Below, piece after piece: positions 9,917 to 22,290 of a stretch of DNA of 36,861 nucleotides. Source of the DNA: Gammaproteobacteria bacterium (GTDB taxonomy: Bacteria > Pseudomonadota > Gammaproteobacteria > Steroidobacterales > Rariloculaceae); assembly GCA_036444815.1 (NCBI GenBank), contig JAZFPW010000150.1:1-36861 (forward strand), written 5' to 3'. The translations under genes and the position numbers were made by a program. Within the stretch, counting starts at the first letter, position 1. Every line of letters begins with the position of its first letter. Below the pieces are notes generated by a model, which saw only the letters and a list, made by a program, of their open reading frames with translations, did no database searches and was not told where the DNA came from.

Positions 9917-10783
9917 TCAATCAGCGCTTGGGCCAGAAAGGCGGACAGCCTCCAACGCATGAATACGTCTGCGATCCGCCCGCAATACACTGAACCGGAC
10001 CCCGGCGACCTCGAGCACCTCTCCTTTGCGTGGCACACGGCCGAGCTCGTGCATGATCAGGCCGCCGACGGTGTCGTACTCCTCGTCGCTCAACGAGATG
10101 TCGAAGTACTCGTTGAGGTCGTCGATTCTCGTCAGCGCGAGCACGATGATCCGGCCGTCGTCCTGGACTTGAATGTCGTCGGCCTCCTCCGGGTCATGCT
10201 CATCATCGATGTCGCCGACGATCTGCTCGAGTACGTCCTCGATCGTTGCGAGCCCGGCTACCCCGCCGTACTCGTCGACGACGATCGCGATATGGTTATG
10301 GCTCTCCCTGAACTGCGTCAGAAGGGCATTCAGTCGTTTACTTTCCGGAATGAATACCGGCTCACGGAGCAACTCCCGCAGGCCGAGTTCCTGCGTCTGT
10401 TGGTCGTCCCTGAACCGCTTCAGCAGATCTTTCGCCAATAGGATGCCGACGACCTGATCCCGGTCGTCACCGATAACGGGGAAACGTGAGTGGCCGGACG
10501 CCAAGATCGTATCGAGCAGCTCGTTGTAGGGATCCTCCAGATCCAGGACCACCATATGGGAGCGAGGCACCATGATGTCTCGGACCTGCGTCGCCGAGAC
10601 CTCCAGGACCCCCTGGAGCATCGCGTGCTCCTCACCGGCCAACAGGTTCCGCCGCCGGCATTCCGCCAGAAACGCGGCTATTCCCTCTCTTCCGTCAGCG
10701 TCGTCACGACGGCGATGAAAGAGCCGAGACCACCAACCGGACCGTGCGCTGATGCTTTTATTGGAAGGTAATTCGTCAGGCAT
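9917..10783 (-). CDS. corC: CBS-pair / CorC_HlyC domain protein (Mg/Co efflux-associated CorC/YbeX)
   Basis: 288 aa. VRDIMVPRSHMVVL, HSRFPVIGDDRDQVVGILLAKDLL, and the C-terminal transporter-associated domain. Synteny is ybeY-corC-lnt. Confidence 0.9.
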   Translation of the reverse strand: MPDELPSNKSISARSGWWSRLFHRRRDDADGREGIAAFLAECRRRNLLAGEEHAMLQGVLEVSATQVRDIMVPRSHMVVLDLEDPYNELLDTILASGHSRFPVIGDDRDQVVGILLAKDLLKRFRDDQQTQELGLRELLREPVFIPESKRLNALLTQFRESHNHIAIVVDEYGGVAGLATIEDVLEQIVGDIDDEHDPEEADDIQVQDDGRIIVLALTRIDDLNEYFDISLSDEEYDTVGGLIMHELGRVPRKGEVLEVAGVRFSVLRADRRRIHALEAVRLSGPSAD

Positions 10784-10827
10784 CGATGCCCCATATCTTG
10801 CTATCCCCGTAGGCGGCTTGCAAGCGG

Positions 10828-11313
10828 TCAGCCGTCGCTAAGGCGAGAGGCAGCGAATCCCAATGATTCCAGAAGCTCGATCTCCCTGGCTTCCATCACC
10901 CGGGTCTCATCGTCGTGGCCGTGATCGAATCCCAGCAGATGCAGTGCGCCATGGATGGCGATATGAGCCCAGTAGGCTTCCAGCGGCTTGCCCTGAGCGC
11001 GAGCCTCCCGCTCGACTACAGGTGCGCAGATAACCAGGTCTCCAACCACTGGCGGCTCGTCGGTCGTCGGCAGGACGGTTTGGCCCGCAGGAAAGGCGAG
11101 CACGTTCGTCGCTCCGTGGACGTGCCGGTAACGCTCGTTCAACTCCGCGCCTTCCGGCTCGTCGACTATTCGCACGGTCAGTTCGCCACGTAATTTGTTA
11201 TCCACGGCGCACCGAACCCACGTCCGCAGACTCTTCGGGCTGGGCACCGACTCGCAAGAGGAAGCGACCTGGACATGGATCTCCAGTCCGCCGCGCTGAT
11301 CGGTCACGGTCAT
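10828..11313 (-). CDS. ybeY: Endoribonuclease YbeY (16S rRNA maturation)
   Basis: 161 aa with the metal-binding motif HGALHLLGFDH. The start shares 1 nt with the phoH stop (TGATG). Confidence 0.94.
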   Translation of the reverse strand: MTVTDQRGGLEIHVQVASSCESVPSPKSLRTWVRCAVDNKLRGELTVRIVDEPEGAELNERYRHVHGATNVLAFPAGQTVLPTTDEPPVVGDLVICAPVVEREARAQGKPLEAYWAHIAIHGALHLLGFDHGHDDETRVMEAREIELLESLGFAASRLSDG

Positions 11314-12293
11314 CAGGTCGACCTCTGCCCGCGCTCCTCGTCTCGGGCATAAGCCTCGACCATTTTTTGCACCAGTGGATGACGCACGACATCGTCTACG
11401 CCGAAGTGCACGAACGCGACTTCCGTTAAGCCTTCGAGCACTCGGCTGACATGGTTGAGCCCGGATTCACGCCCGCGTGGCAGATCCGTCTGCGTCACGT
11501 CTCCGGTGACCACGGCGCGAGAGCCAAATCCGATTCGGGTCAGAAACATTTTCATTTGCTCGGCGGTCGTGTTTTGAGCCTCGTCAAGGATCACGAACGA
11601 TTCGTTCAGCGTGCGGCCTCGCATAAACGCCAGCGGTGCGATCTCTATGATATTTCTCTCGACTAACCGCCCGACTCGATCGAAGCCCAACATCTCGTAG
11701 AGCGCGTCGTACATCGGCCTGAGATAGGGATCGACCTTCTGGGACATGTCGCCGGGCAGGAACCCGAGCTTCTCGCCGGCCTCGACAGCGGGCCGCACCA
11801 GTACGATACGGCGCACAAGATCGGACTCCAGCGCGTCGACGCTGGCGGCAACGGCCAAATAGGTCTTGCCGGTGCCGGCCGGCCCGATACCGAACGTCAG
11901 GTCCTTGTCGCGCATGGCGCGAGCGTACGCGAGCTGATTCGGGCCTCTGGCACGAATATCACGGCGTCTCGTGTGGAAGGTCAGATCGTCGGCCTGAGCC
12001 TCGCTGTTCGGCCGCAAGTGTTCCAGCAGGCTAATGTGTACCCGTTCAGGATTCAGCGTCTCGGCCTCGGTCAGGGCATACAGCTCCTCCAGTACTCGAC
12101 GGCCGATCTCCACGGCGTGCGCGGAGCCCGTCAACTGGAAGTGATTGCCGCGACTCTTGAGCTGAATCTCAAGCCGGTCCTCGAGCTGCCGCAAATGCTC
12201 GTCAAGGTGGCCGCATAGATTCGCCATGCGCCGATGATCATCCGGCGACAGGCTGACATGGATCGAGTTGGCGCTCTGAGCAGTATCAGGCAA
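11313..12293 (-). CDS. ybeZ: PhoH-like ATPase (YbeZ)
   Basis: 326 aa. Walker [32 protein letters not shown], and [16 protein letters not shown] align closely with E. coli YbeZ. The start is TTG at 12293. Confidence 0.94.
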   Translation of the reverse strand: MPDTAQSANSIHVSLSPDDHRRMANLCGHLDEHLRQLEDRLEIQLKSRGNHFQLTGSAHAVEIGRRVLEELYALTEAETLNPERVHISLLEHLRPNSEAQADDLTFHTRRRDIRARGPNQLAYARAMRDKDLTFGIGPAGTGKTYLAVAASVDALESDLVRRIVLVRPAVEAGEKLGFLPGDMSQKVDPYLRPMYDALYEMLGFDRVGRLVERNIIEIAPLAFMRGRTLNESFVILDEAQNTTAEQMKMFLTRIGFGSRAVVTGDVTQTDLPRGRESGLNHVSRVLEGLTEVAFVHFGVDDVVRHPLVQKMVEAYARDEERGQRST

Positions 12294-13635
12294 CGGACCG
12301 GGCTACTGTGGATGCAAGCAGGCGGCCTCGAAGACAGTTTGGCAGCGCCGCGACGATCATGACGTCCGCGAACGAACCGACCAGTCGCGGGTCGGCCAGA
12401 AAATTGACCCAGCGATTGTTCTCGGTCCGTCCGGCCAGCTCGCGCGGTGACCTTCTAGACGGTTTCTCCACCAGCACGCGCTGAACCTGGCCGATCATCC
12501 CCCGGCTTATGGCGCTGGCCTGGCTGTTGATCAGCGCCTGAAGATCGGCGAGCCGGCGTTGTTTGACTTCGCGGGGTATCGGGTCGTGGATGGAAGCAGC
12601 GGGCGTACCGGGCCGGGGGCTGTAGATGAAGCTGAATGACTGATCGAAGCCCACTTCGCGGATCAGGTCCAGCGTCGCTTCGAAGTCCGCTTCTTCTTCG
12701 CCGGGGAAACCGACGATAAAGTCTGAGGATATCGAGATGCCCGGTCTCACCGCACGCAGCATCCGGATTTTTTCTTTGTACGCCTCGATCGTGTGGCCGC
12801 GCTTCATCAGCCCAAGTATCCGGTCGGAACCGCTCTGCACCGGCAGGTGCAGGTAGCTCGCAAGCTGCTCGACCTGGCCGTAGGCTTCGATCAGCGGCTT
12901 CGTGAACTCGACCGGGTGCGAGGTCGTGAACCGGATACGGTCGATACCCTCGATGGCGGCGACGTAATGAATCAGCGTCGCGAGGTCGGCGAAGCCACCG
13001 CCGTGGGCCGGGCCCCGATAGGCGTTGACGTTCTGACCGAGGAGGTTGACTTCCTTCACACCCAGCTCCACGAGACCAGCGACTTCCGCGATGACGTCGT
13101 CCAGGGGCCGGCTGATCTCCTCGCCGCGCGTGTAAGGCACGACACAGAAAGTACAATATTTACTGCACCCTTCCATGACCGAGACGAAGGCCGAGCAGGC
13201 CGACTCCTTGGCCGCAGGAATCCGATCGAACTTCTCTATTTCAGGAAAACTGACGTCGACGACTCCGGGGTGACCGGAGCGTACCTTCGCGATCATCGCC
13301 GGTAGCCGATGCAACGTTTGCGGGCCGAATACCAGGTCGACGAACGGCGCCCGGCGTAGAATCGCCTCGCCTTCCTGGCTGGCTACGCAGCCGCCTACGC
13401 CGATTATCGTATGGGGGTTCTCGCGCTTCTGCAGGCGCCACCGGCCTAGCTGGGAGAACACTTTTTCCTGTGCCTTCTCGCGGACCGAGCAGGTATTGAG
13501 CAGGAGGATGTCAGCTCCCTCCGCGTGGTCGGTCTCCTCGACGCCCAGCGCTCCCTTCAGAACGTCGACCATCTTCGCCGAGTCGTATTCGTTCATCTGA
13601 CAGCCATACGTCTTGATGAAGAGTCGATCAGCCAT
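12286..13635 (-). CDS. miaB: tRNA-2-methylthio-N6-dimethylallyladenosine synthase MiaB
   Basis: 449 aa. N-terminal UPF0004 cysteines ([15 protein letters not shown]), the radical-SAM motif [11 protein letters not shown], and a C-terminal TRAM region. Confidence 0.95.
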   Translation of the reverse strand: MADRLFIKTYGCQMNEYDSAKMVDVLKGALGVEETDHAEGADILLLNTCSVREKAQEKVFSQLGRWRLQKRENPHTIIGVGGCVASQEGEAILRRAPFVDLVFGPQTLHRLPAMIAKVRSGHPGVVDVSFPEIEKFDRIPAAKESACSAFVSVMEGCSKYCTFCVVPYTRGEEISRPLDDVIAEVAGLVELGVKEVNLLGQNVNAYRGPAHGGGFADLATLIHYVAAIEGIDRIRFTTSHPVEFTKPLIEAYGQVEQLASYLHLPVQSGSDRILGLMKRGHTIEAYKEKIRMLRAVRPGISISSDFIVGFPGEEEADFEATLDLIREVGFDQSFSFIYSPRPGTPAASIHDPIPREVKQRRLADLQALINSQASAISRGMIGQVQRVLVEKPSRRSPRELAGRTENNRWVNFLADPRLVGSFADVMIVAALPNCLRGRLLASTVARSVA

Positions 13636-13754
13636 ATTACCCTAAGCTATTGTTATATAAAGATAAATATGGGTGTTCCCGGCGAGTTCGTCCCCGGCGA
13701 TTGCCGCAGCGGGGTGGCTGATCGGACGGCCTCAGGATGCCTCCGGGCCCAACA

Positions 13755-14177
13755 TCAGAACGGGATGTCGTCGTTAAACTCCGAGCTGGCTTGCGGGGCC
13801 TCGGCGACGGCTTCCGCCTGCGCCGGCGCGCCCGAACCCGCACGTCCGCCAAGCATCTGCATCTCGTTCGCGATGATCTCCGTGGACCATCGATCGTTGC
13901 CGTCACGATCCTGCCACTTGCGGGTTCGGATCTTGCCCTCGATATAGACTTGAGAGCCCTTGTGTAGATATTCCGCCGCGACCTCCGCGAGGCGGCCAAA
14001 AAAGGCGACGCTATGCCACTCAGTCCGCTCTTGCTGATCGCCAGTATTCTTGTCCTTCCAGGACTCACTCGTCGCCACGCGGATGTTCGTCACGGCGCTG
14101 CCGCTCGGCATGGCGCGTGATTCCGGATCCGCGCCCAGGTTGCCGACGAGAATAACTTTATTGATGCCTCTTGCCAT
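13755..14177 (-). CDS. ssb: Single-stranded DNA-binding protein
   Basis: 140 aa. N-terminal [21 protein letters not shown]-fold and a C-terminal acidic tip, DDIPF. Divergent from uvrA, as in E. coli. Confidence 0.95.
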   Translation of the reverse strand: MARGINKVILVGNLGADPESRAMPSGSAVTNIRVATSESWKDKNTGDQQERTEWHSVAFFGRLAEVAAEYLHKGSQVYIEGKIRTRKWQDRDGNDRWSTEIIANEMQMLGGRAGSGAPAQAEAVAEAPQASSEFNDDIPF

Positions 14178-14413
14178 TCGAGCTCCTTGTTAGTCTGGTG
14201 TCCGGCTTCATACGAGCCCGAGCCGGTCATTGTACGCCGTGGTCTCGACAAAGGCACCTGGGTTTGTCGGCGGAGCCTGGATAAAGAGGCCGGTCGGACC
14301 GCGGCCAGGCGGCCGCCCCGCTGGCGGCGGCGTTCCGGGCGGGCGGCGGATCTTTGCGCCGGGGTTTTGCGGCGTCGTATAGTAGGGGATTGCCTGCGCG
14401 AGGGACTGACGCA

Positions 14414-17283
<2,870 letters not shown>

Positions 17284-17287
<4 letters not shown>

Positions 17288-17419
17288 AAGAACTCAGGCG
17301 AGCGCAAGACAAGGCACGAATCGGCGAAAAAGCGCAGTGTACACGCAGTTTGCCGCTGCGCGGCCCCGCATTATTGAGTCGATTCTTAACGCAGTATTGT
17401 GCCGCCTGAGTTTTTTCAA
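17284..17419. repeat. 136-bp intergenic element bounded by a 17-bp inverted repeat; candidate bidirectional terminator or MITE/REP-like element
   Basis: The 5' arm is ttgaaagaactcaggcg (17284-17300) and the 3' arm is cgcctgagttttttcaa (17403-17419). They give 16/17 Watson-Crick pairs plus one G.U on the plus-strand RNA. Nested complementary pairs lie inside: GAATCG 17318-17323 with CGATTC 17380-17385, and GCGCAG 17332-17337 with CTGCGC 17356-17361. T-runs follow the stem on both strands. Confidence 0.5.
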
Positions 17420-17452
17420 CAACCTGCTAGACGATACCTATTGCGCCGCGGG

Positions 17453-18454
17453 CTAACCCAGAGCTCTGATGCCGACGGCGTCCCGAATCTCTGCGAGAAC
17501 CGGGCCGCTGATCGCTCGAGCCCTCTGCGCGCCTTGTTGTAGGACGCCTTCGACGTGGTCGGGCGCGGCCAGCAGGCGCCGATACTCCTCCCGTGACGTC
17601 CTCAGGTGCTCGTTGAGATATTCGAACAGTGCGGTTTTCATCTCACCCCAGGCGATGCCTTCGGCGTACCGGGCCCGCATCGCCTCTATTTCCTCGTGAT
17701 CGGCGAACGCACTGTAGATGGCGAACAATGAACTCTCAGCCGGATCCTTCGGCTCGCCCGGCTCTTGAGAGTTGGTTTTTATCCGCATGATCAGCTTGTG
17801 GAGTTGTTTCTCCTCGGCGAACAGCGGAATAGCGTTGCCGTAACTCTTCGACATCTTTCGTCCGTCGAGCCCAGGCAGTACCGCCGTATTGTCACCGACA
17901 ACCGCCTCCGGGAGCACAAGAATCCCGCCATAACGATGATTGAAACGTCCGGCGATATCGCGAGCCATCTCCACATGCTGGACCTGATCTTTACCGACCG
18001 GGATTTTGTTCGCCTTAAAGATCAGAATATCTGCGGCCATTAATATCGGATAGCAGAACAAGCCCATCGTGACACCCTTGTCGGGATCCTTGTTCTGGCT
18101 CGCCTCGTTCTCGGCAACAGTCGCTTTGTAGGCATGAGCACGGTTCATCAGCCCCTTGGCCGTCATGCAGGTCAATATCCACGTCAACTCCATGATCTCG
18201 GGTACGTCTGACTGACGATAGAAGATGCTCTCGGTATCGAGTCCCGTCGCCAACCAGCTTGCGGCGATCTCCAGGGTCGCCTGAGCGACCTGAGCGGGAT
18301 CCTGACCCTTCACAAGCGAGTGATAATCTGCGACCAGGAAGAATGACTCCACGTCTCTGGCCGCGCTCGCGGCAACCGCCGGGCGAATGGCTCCAGCGTA
18401 GTTGCCGATATGCGGCGTTCCCGTCGTCGTGATACCCGTTAGTACTCTATCCAT
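17453..18454 (-). CDS. trpS: Tryptophan--tRNA ligase
   Basis: 333 aa. GTPHIGNYAGAI (HIGH-type), KMSKS, and PILMAADIL..VPVGKDQVQHVEMARDIA. Confidence 0.94.
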   Translation of the reverse strand: MDRVLTGITTTGTPHIGNYAGAIRPAVAASAARDVESFFLVADYHSLVKGQDPAQVAQATLEIAASWLATGLDTESIFYRQSDVPEIMELTWILTCMTAKGLMNRAHAYKATVAENEASQNKDPDKGVTMGLFCYPILMAADILIFKANKIPVGKDQVQHVEMARDIAGRFNHRYGGILVLPEAVVGDNTAVLPGLDGRKMSKSYGNAIPLFAEEKQLHKLIMRIKTNSQEPGEPKDPAESSLFAIYSAFADHEEIEAMRARYAEGIAWGEMKTALFEYLNEHLRTSREEYRRLLAAPDHVEGVLQQGAQRARAISGPVLAEIRDAVGIRALG

Positions 18455-18503
18455 CGTTCCCGATCCGAAGCTAGCGGCCCCTCAATATAGCCTTGTTGGA
18501 CCA

Positions 18504-20144
18504 CTAGTAACCCGCGGCGTGGCCGTCTTTCCTCGACTCCGACGCCCCTTGATACACCCGTCGCTCCCTGTCCCAGCAGATAGCTTGATAACCACCGAAG
18601 GCCAAGTCGTCGCGGCCGATCACGTGCCCTAGCGCCTCCAGGGCCGCCGACGTCTCGGCACCATAACCGGACTCGAGATACACAACGCCGCCATGCGCCA
18701 TCTTCTCGCCGGTGGGCGTGCTCGAGCCGTTATGCCGAACTCGCGGCGCATCGCCCGCCTGCTGAACATTCATCCCGAAATCTATCAGGTTTACGAGAAT
18801 CTGAACGTGCCCTTGCGGTTGCATGTCGGCCCCCATCACACCGAAACTCAAGAACGGCTCGTCGTCTTTCGTAACGAACGCCGGAATCAGGGTGTGGAAC
18901 GGGCGCTTGCCGGGCTCGTAGACGTTTGGATCCGCCGAGTTCAGACTGAAGAGTTCGCCGCGGTTGTGAAGCACGAACCCGAGCTGACCGGGTGTCATCC
19001 CCGATCCCATACCGCGATAGTTGCTTTGAATCAACGACACCATGTTGCCGTCCTGGTCTGCGACCGTCAGATAGACGGTATCGCCGTGTTGCAGCGAAGC
19101 GGGATCGCCGTAAGCGAGATCACGGGACGCTTGCAGAGGATCGATCAATCGCCGTCTGTCCAGCGCATATTCTTTTGAGATCAGGCTGGTCACCGGAACA
19201 TCGCCGAACGCCGGATCGGCGTAGTAGTGAGCACGATCCTCGAACGCGAGCTTCTTCGCCTCGATCAGCAAATGCAGGTACTCATGACTACCCCAGCCGA
19301 GCGCTTCCAGGTCATAGGCCTCGAGGATGTTCAGCATCTGTAACACCGCGATTCCCTGACCATTCGGCGGCAACTCCCAGACGTCATAGCCTCGATAGTT
19401 CGTAGCCACAGGCTCCACCCACTCCGAACGGTGTTGCGCGAGGTCTTCCGCGCGCAGATAGCCGCCGTTGGCGCGCATATAGTCCACGATCTCCCGTGCG
19501 ATCTCACCTTCGTAGAAAGCCGCGCGTCCATGCTGCACGATCGCACGATAAGTCATCGCGAGTCGCGGATTCCTGAATACGTCCCCCGCGGCAGGCGCCC
19601 GTCCATCGGGCATGAAGACATCAGCGTAACCCGGAAATGTTTCGAGAAGCGTGGCGCTGTCTGCCCACTCACCCGCGATGACCTCGGTCACCGCGAAGCC
19701 TCGCTCGGCGTAATCGATCGCCGGCGCAAGGAGTTCAGAGAACTCGAGCTTGCCGAACGCCGCATGAAGCTCGAACCAGCCGTCGACGGCCCCCGGCACA
19801 CTAACCGAGAGCGGCCCGTAGGCTGGGATTTTCTCGAGCCCCATCGCGCGCAATTCCGCCAGCGTCAAATTTAACGGCGAGCGACCGCTGGCATTGAGTC
19901 CACGCAACTGTCGTCTCTTCGCGTCCCAGACGATCGCGAAGAGATCGCCGCCGACACCCGCTCCGGTGGGCTCCATCAATCCCAATGCCGCATTGGCGCC
20001 GATCGCCGCGTCCACGGCTGAACCACCCTGCCTAAGGATCTGCACGGCGATCTGCGTAGCGAGCGGATGACTCGTCGCAGCCATACCGGAAGTAGCCATC
20101 ACGACCGAGCGGGTTGCGCGCTGGTGTTCGAGAAGCCTATTCAT
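18504..20144 (-). CDS. ggt: Gamma-glutamyltransferase family protein, cytoplasmic YwrD-like type (no signal peptide)
   Basis: 546 aa. MAATSHPLATQIAVQILRQGGSAVDAAI, an autoprocessing/nucleophile region GDTVYLTVADQDGNMVSLIQSNY, and GSGMTPG..GFVLHNRG. The N-terminus is hydrophilic with no signal sequence. Confidence 0.88.
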   Translation of the reverse strand: MNRLLEHQRATRSVVMATSGMAATSHPLATQIAVQILRQGGSAVDAAIGANAALGLMEPTGAGVGGDLFAIVWDAKRRQLRGLNASGRSPLNLTLAELRAMGLEKIPAYGPLSVSVPGAVDGWFELHAAFGKLEFSELLAPAIDYAERGFAVTEVIAGEWADSATLLETFPGYADVFMPDGRAPAAGDVFRNPRLAMTYRAIVQHGRAAFYEGEIAREIVDYMRANGGYLRAEDLAQHRSEWVEPVATNYRGYDVWELPPNGQGIAVLQMLNILEAYDLEALGWGSHEYLHLLIEAKKLAFEDRAHYYADPAFGDVPVTSLISKEYALDRRRLIDPLQASRDLAYGDPASLQHGDTVYLTVADQDGNMVSLIQSNYRGMGSGMTPGQLGFVLHNRGELFSLNSADPNVYEPGKRPFHTLIPAFVTKDDEPFLSFGVMGADMQPQGHVQILVNLIDFGMNVQQAGDAPRVRHNGSSTPTGEKMAHGGVVYLESGYGAETSAALEALGHVIGRDDLAFGGYQAICWDRERRVYQGASESRKDGHAAGY

Positions 20145-20254
20145 CAGTCGAAGTTGAAATCCACCACATCACAGTCTCTGAGGAGCGGCCCCGGCAAACG
20201 TCTCGGGCTTGGTACCTGCCGCCAGGGGCCCTATTATTCACGAGTTTTCGCAAA

Positions 20255-20264
20255 CTGTTAACAG
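20255..20264. promoter_or_regulatory. Perfect 10-bp palindrome CTGTTAACAG in the ggt/pepQ divergent spacer (candidate operator)
   Basis: Read directly, 23 bp upstream of the pepQ ATG. No matching regulator gene is present in the window. Confidence 0.2.
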
Positions 20265-20286
20265 ATTCTTCGGTCTGAGCGTATTG

Positions 20287-21639
20287 ATGGAGTCGATGAC
20301 AAATCAAGAGTTACAGCGCGATTGGGCAGGCCTCTATGCCCGGCATCTGGCAGAGTGGGACGAGCGTCTATCTGCGGCTCTTACTGCAGCCGGTCTCGAT
20401 AGTGTGGTCGTGTTCTCGGGCGCAGAGAAGATTCGCTTCCGCGACGACCTAACCTATCCCTATTCGGTCGAGCCCTATTTCAAGGCCTGGGTGCCTCTGA
20501 CTGACCAGCCCGGATCCGCGCTGCGACTGACCCCGGGCGAGCGGCCGCTGCTGATCGAGCTACGCGAGGACGGTTTCTGGCACGAGCCTCCCGAGAAGCC
20601 GGCCGGTTACTGGTTGGAGCACTTCGACATTCGGCAGGCCGCATCGCCGGCCGACGTCATCAAAGAACTCGGCTCCGTTGGTTCCGGCGTAGCGGCCATC
20701 GGTGAGCCGGCTGGACACACCGCGAGTTTCTCGTCGGTAAACGATGAAACGCTTCTCAACCATCTCGACTATCTTCGTGCCTACAAGACACCATACGAGG
20801 TCAAGTGCATCGAGCACGCCGCTGAGATCGCGGCCGTCGGTCACGTAGCCGCACAGCGCGCACTCGTTGACGGAGTTTCCGAGTTTTACCTGCATCAAGC
20901 CTACTGCACGGCGAGCGGACAAACCGAAGTGGATTTACCATATCCCAATATTGTCGCGCTGAACGAGCATGCTTCCATACTGCACTATCAGAATCTTCGG
21001 CGCGAAGCGCCCAGGAAGACTCGATCGTTTCTGCTCGATGCAGGCGCACAGGTGAACGGTTACGCATCGGACATCACTCGAACGTACGTTCGGGGCGAGC
21101 CGCAATTTCAGTCACTGGTCGACTCGATGGAAATCATGCAGCAGGCACTTTGCGACGACGCGCTGAACGGTACGGATTTCGTGGATCTCAACGACACGGC
21201 GCATCGGCTCCTGGCAGGCATTCTGAAGCAGCACGATCTGATTCGCTGCAGTGAAGAGGAAGCGTACGCAGCCGGCATCACGAGAACTTTTCTACCCCAC
21301 GGGCTCGGGCATCTCCTTGGGTTACAGGTCCACGATGCGGGAGGGCATCTCGCAACTCCGGACGGCGCCCAACGCAAGCCGCCGGACGAACATTCGCTGC
21401 TGCGGCTGACCAGGGTACTCGCGCCGGGTTTCGTCGTCACGATAGAGCCGGGCCTTTATTTTATCCCGTCGCTGTTGGATCGACTGAAGCGGACGGCTTC
21501 GGGGAGCAGCGTGAACTGGGATAAAATTGCGGCGCTCCTTCCGTGCGGCGGTCTCCGAGTAGAAGACGACGTGCTGGTTACCGACACCGCCTCACGCAAC
21601 CTTTCGCGCCAAGCATTACTCAGCGCCGCCGAATCTTGA
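20287..21639 (+). CDS. pepQ: Xaa-Pro dipeptidase PepQ (M24B)
   Basis: Aligns along its length with E. coli PepQ (FKAWVPLT, YPNIVALNEHASILHY, SFLLDAGAQVNGYASDITRTY, PHGLGHLLGLQVHD, TIEPGLYFIPSLL, GGLRVEDDV). The start is set at ATG 20287 (MESMTNQ). The track ORF from 20209 adds 26 non-conserved aa. Confidence 0.93.
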   Translation: MESMTNQELQRDWAGLYARHLAEWDERLSAALTAAGLDSVVVFSGAEKIRFRDDLTYPYSVEPYFKAWVPLTDQPGSALRLTPGERPLLIELREDGFWHEPPEKPAGYWLEHFDIRQAASPADVIKELGSVGSGVAAIGEPAGHTASFSSVNDETLLNHLDYLRAYKTPYEVKCIEHAAEIAAVGHVAAQRALVDGVSEFYLHQAYCTASGQTEVDLPYPNIVALNEHASILHYQNLRREAPRKTRSFLLDAGAQVNGYASDITRTYVRGEPQFQSLVDSMEIMQQALCDDALNGTDFVDLNDTAHRLLAGILKQHDLIRCSEEEAYAAGITRTFLPHGLGHLLGLQVHDAGGHLATPDGAQRKPPDEHSLLRLTRVLAPGFVVTIEPGLYFIPSLLDRLKRTASGSSVNWDKIAALLPCGGLRVEDDVLVTDTASRNLSRQALLSAAES

Positions 21640-21699
21640 CTTTCAGACTGGAATCGCAGCGGACGCAGTAATAAGAAGGCCGCGGAGAGGACCGCCGAT

Positions 21700-22290
21700 A
21701 TGTCACACAGAACAGACGAACTACCGCCGCTCACCGGCCTGCGTCACGCCGTTCGAGAATTGCGCTACCACGAAGCATCGAGACAAGTCCTCGCCGTCGT
21801 TCTGATCGCCCTGTTCGCTCTCGTCGCGCGACCGACGTTCGAGCTGCTGTTGCTAGGCGCGCCACTGGTTCTTGCGGGAACCGGATCACGGCTCTATGCC
21901 AGTGGCTTTATCTCGAAGAACGAACAGCTCGCAACCCACGGCCCCTATGCGTTGGTTCGCCATCCGCTATACACTGGTAACATTATGATAATTATCGGGT
22001 TTTCCATCGCCAGTGGGGTTTGGTGGGCGGCACCGCTGGCGCTCCTATTCTTCTGCTTCTACTATCCAGCGGCCATCGAATACGAAGACCGTAAGCTGAG
22101 GCGGTCGTTCGGGCTCGACTGGGAGACGTGGTCGGCTCGTATTCCCGCGCTGGTACCGACGCTTTCGAACCTCGCTGCCGCATCGGAAGGCAGCTGGTCA
22201 CTGAAGAAAAGTTCGCGCCAGAACGGAGAACCTATCATCGTGCTCTACGTGTTGTTGTCGTTGGCGTATGTGGCATGGCGCGTGCCGTGA
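21700..22290 (+). CDS. ICMT/PEMT-family integral membrane methyltransferase-like protein
   Basis: 196 aa, with several hydrophobic helices. LATHGPYALVRHPLYTGN and EYEDRKLRRSFGLDWETWSARIP match the two conserved motifs of the isoprenylcysteine carboxyl / phospholipid methyltransferase family. A good SD (GGAGAGG) lies 9 nt upstream of the ATG. Confidence 0.75.
   Translation: MSHRTDELPPLTGLRHAVRELRYHEASRQVLAVVLIALFALVARPTFELLLLGAPLVLAGTGSRLYASGFISKNEQLATHGPYALVRHPLYTGNIMIIIGFSIASGVWWAAPLALLFFCFYYPAAIEYEDRKLRRSFGLDWETWSARIPALVPTLSNLAAASEGSWSLKKSSRQNGEPIIVLYVLLSLAYVAWRVP

Noticed and set aside
13678-13716. Direct repeat CCCGGCGA x2 and an imperfect hairpin (CCCCGGCG-attgc-CGCagCGGGG) downstream of ssb, as a possible ssb terminator. 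An adjacent AT-rich tract (13646-13675) is a possible miaB promoter.
   Set aside because: The stem is bulged with no U-tract. The AT-rich tract has a TATAAC/TATATA -10-like hexamer but no convincing -35. The evidence is too weak to annotate.
22128-22274. Upstream 49-codon extension of the kinase-like ORF.
   Set aside because: It lies out of frame inside the methyltransferase-like gene. Conserved kinase elements begin well after the ATG 22275 / GTG 22287 starts.
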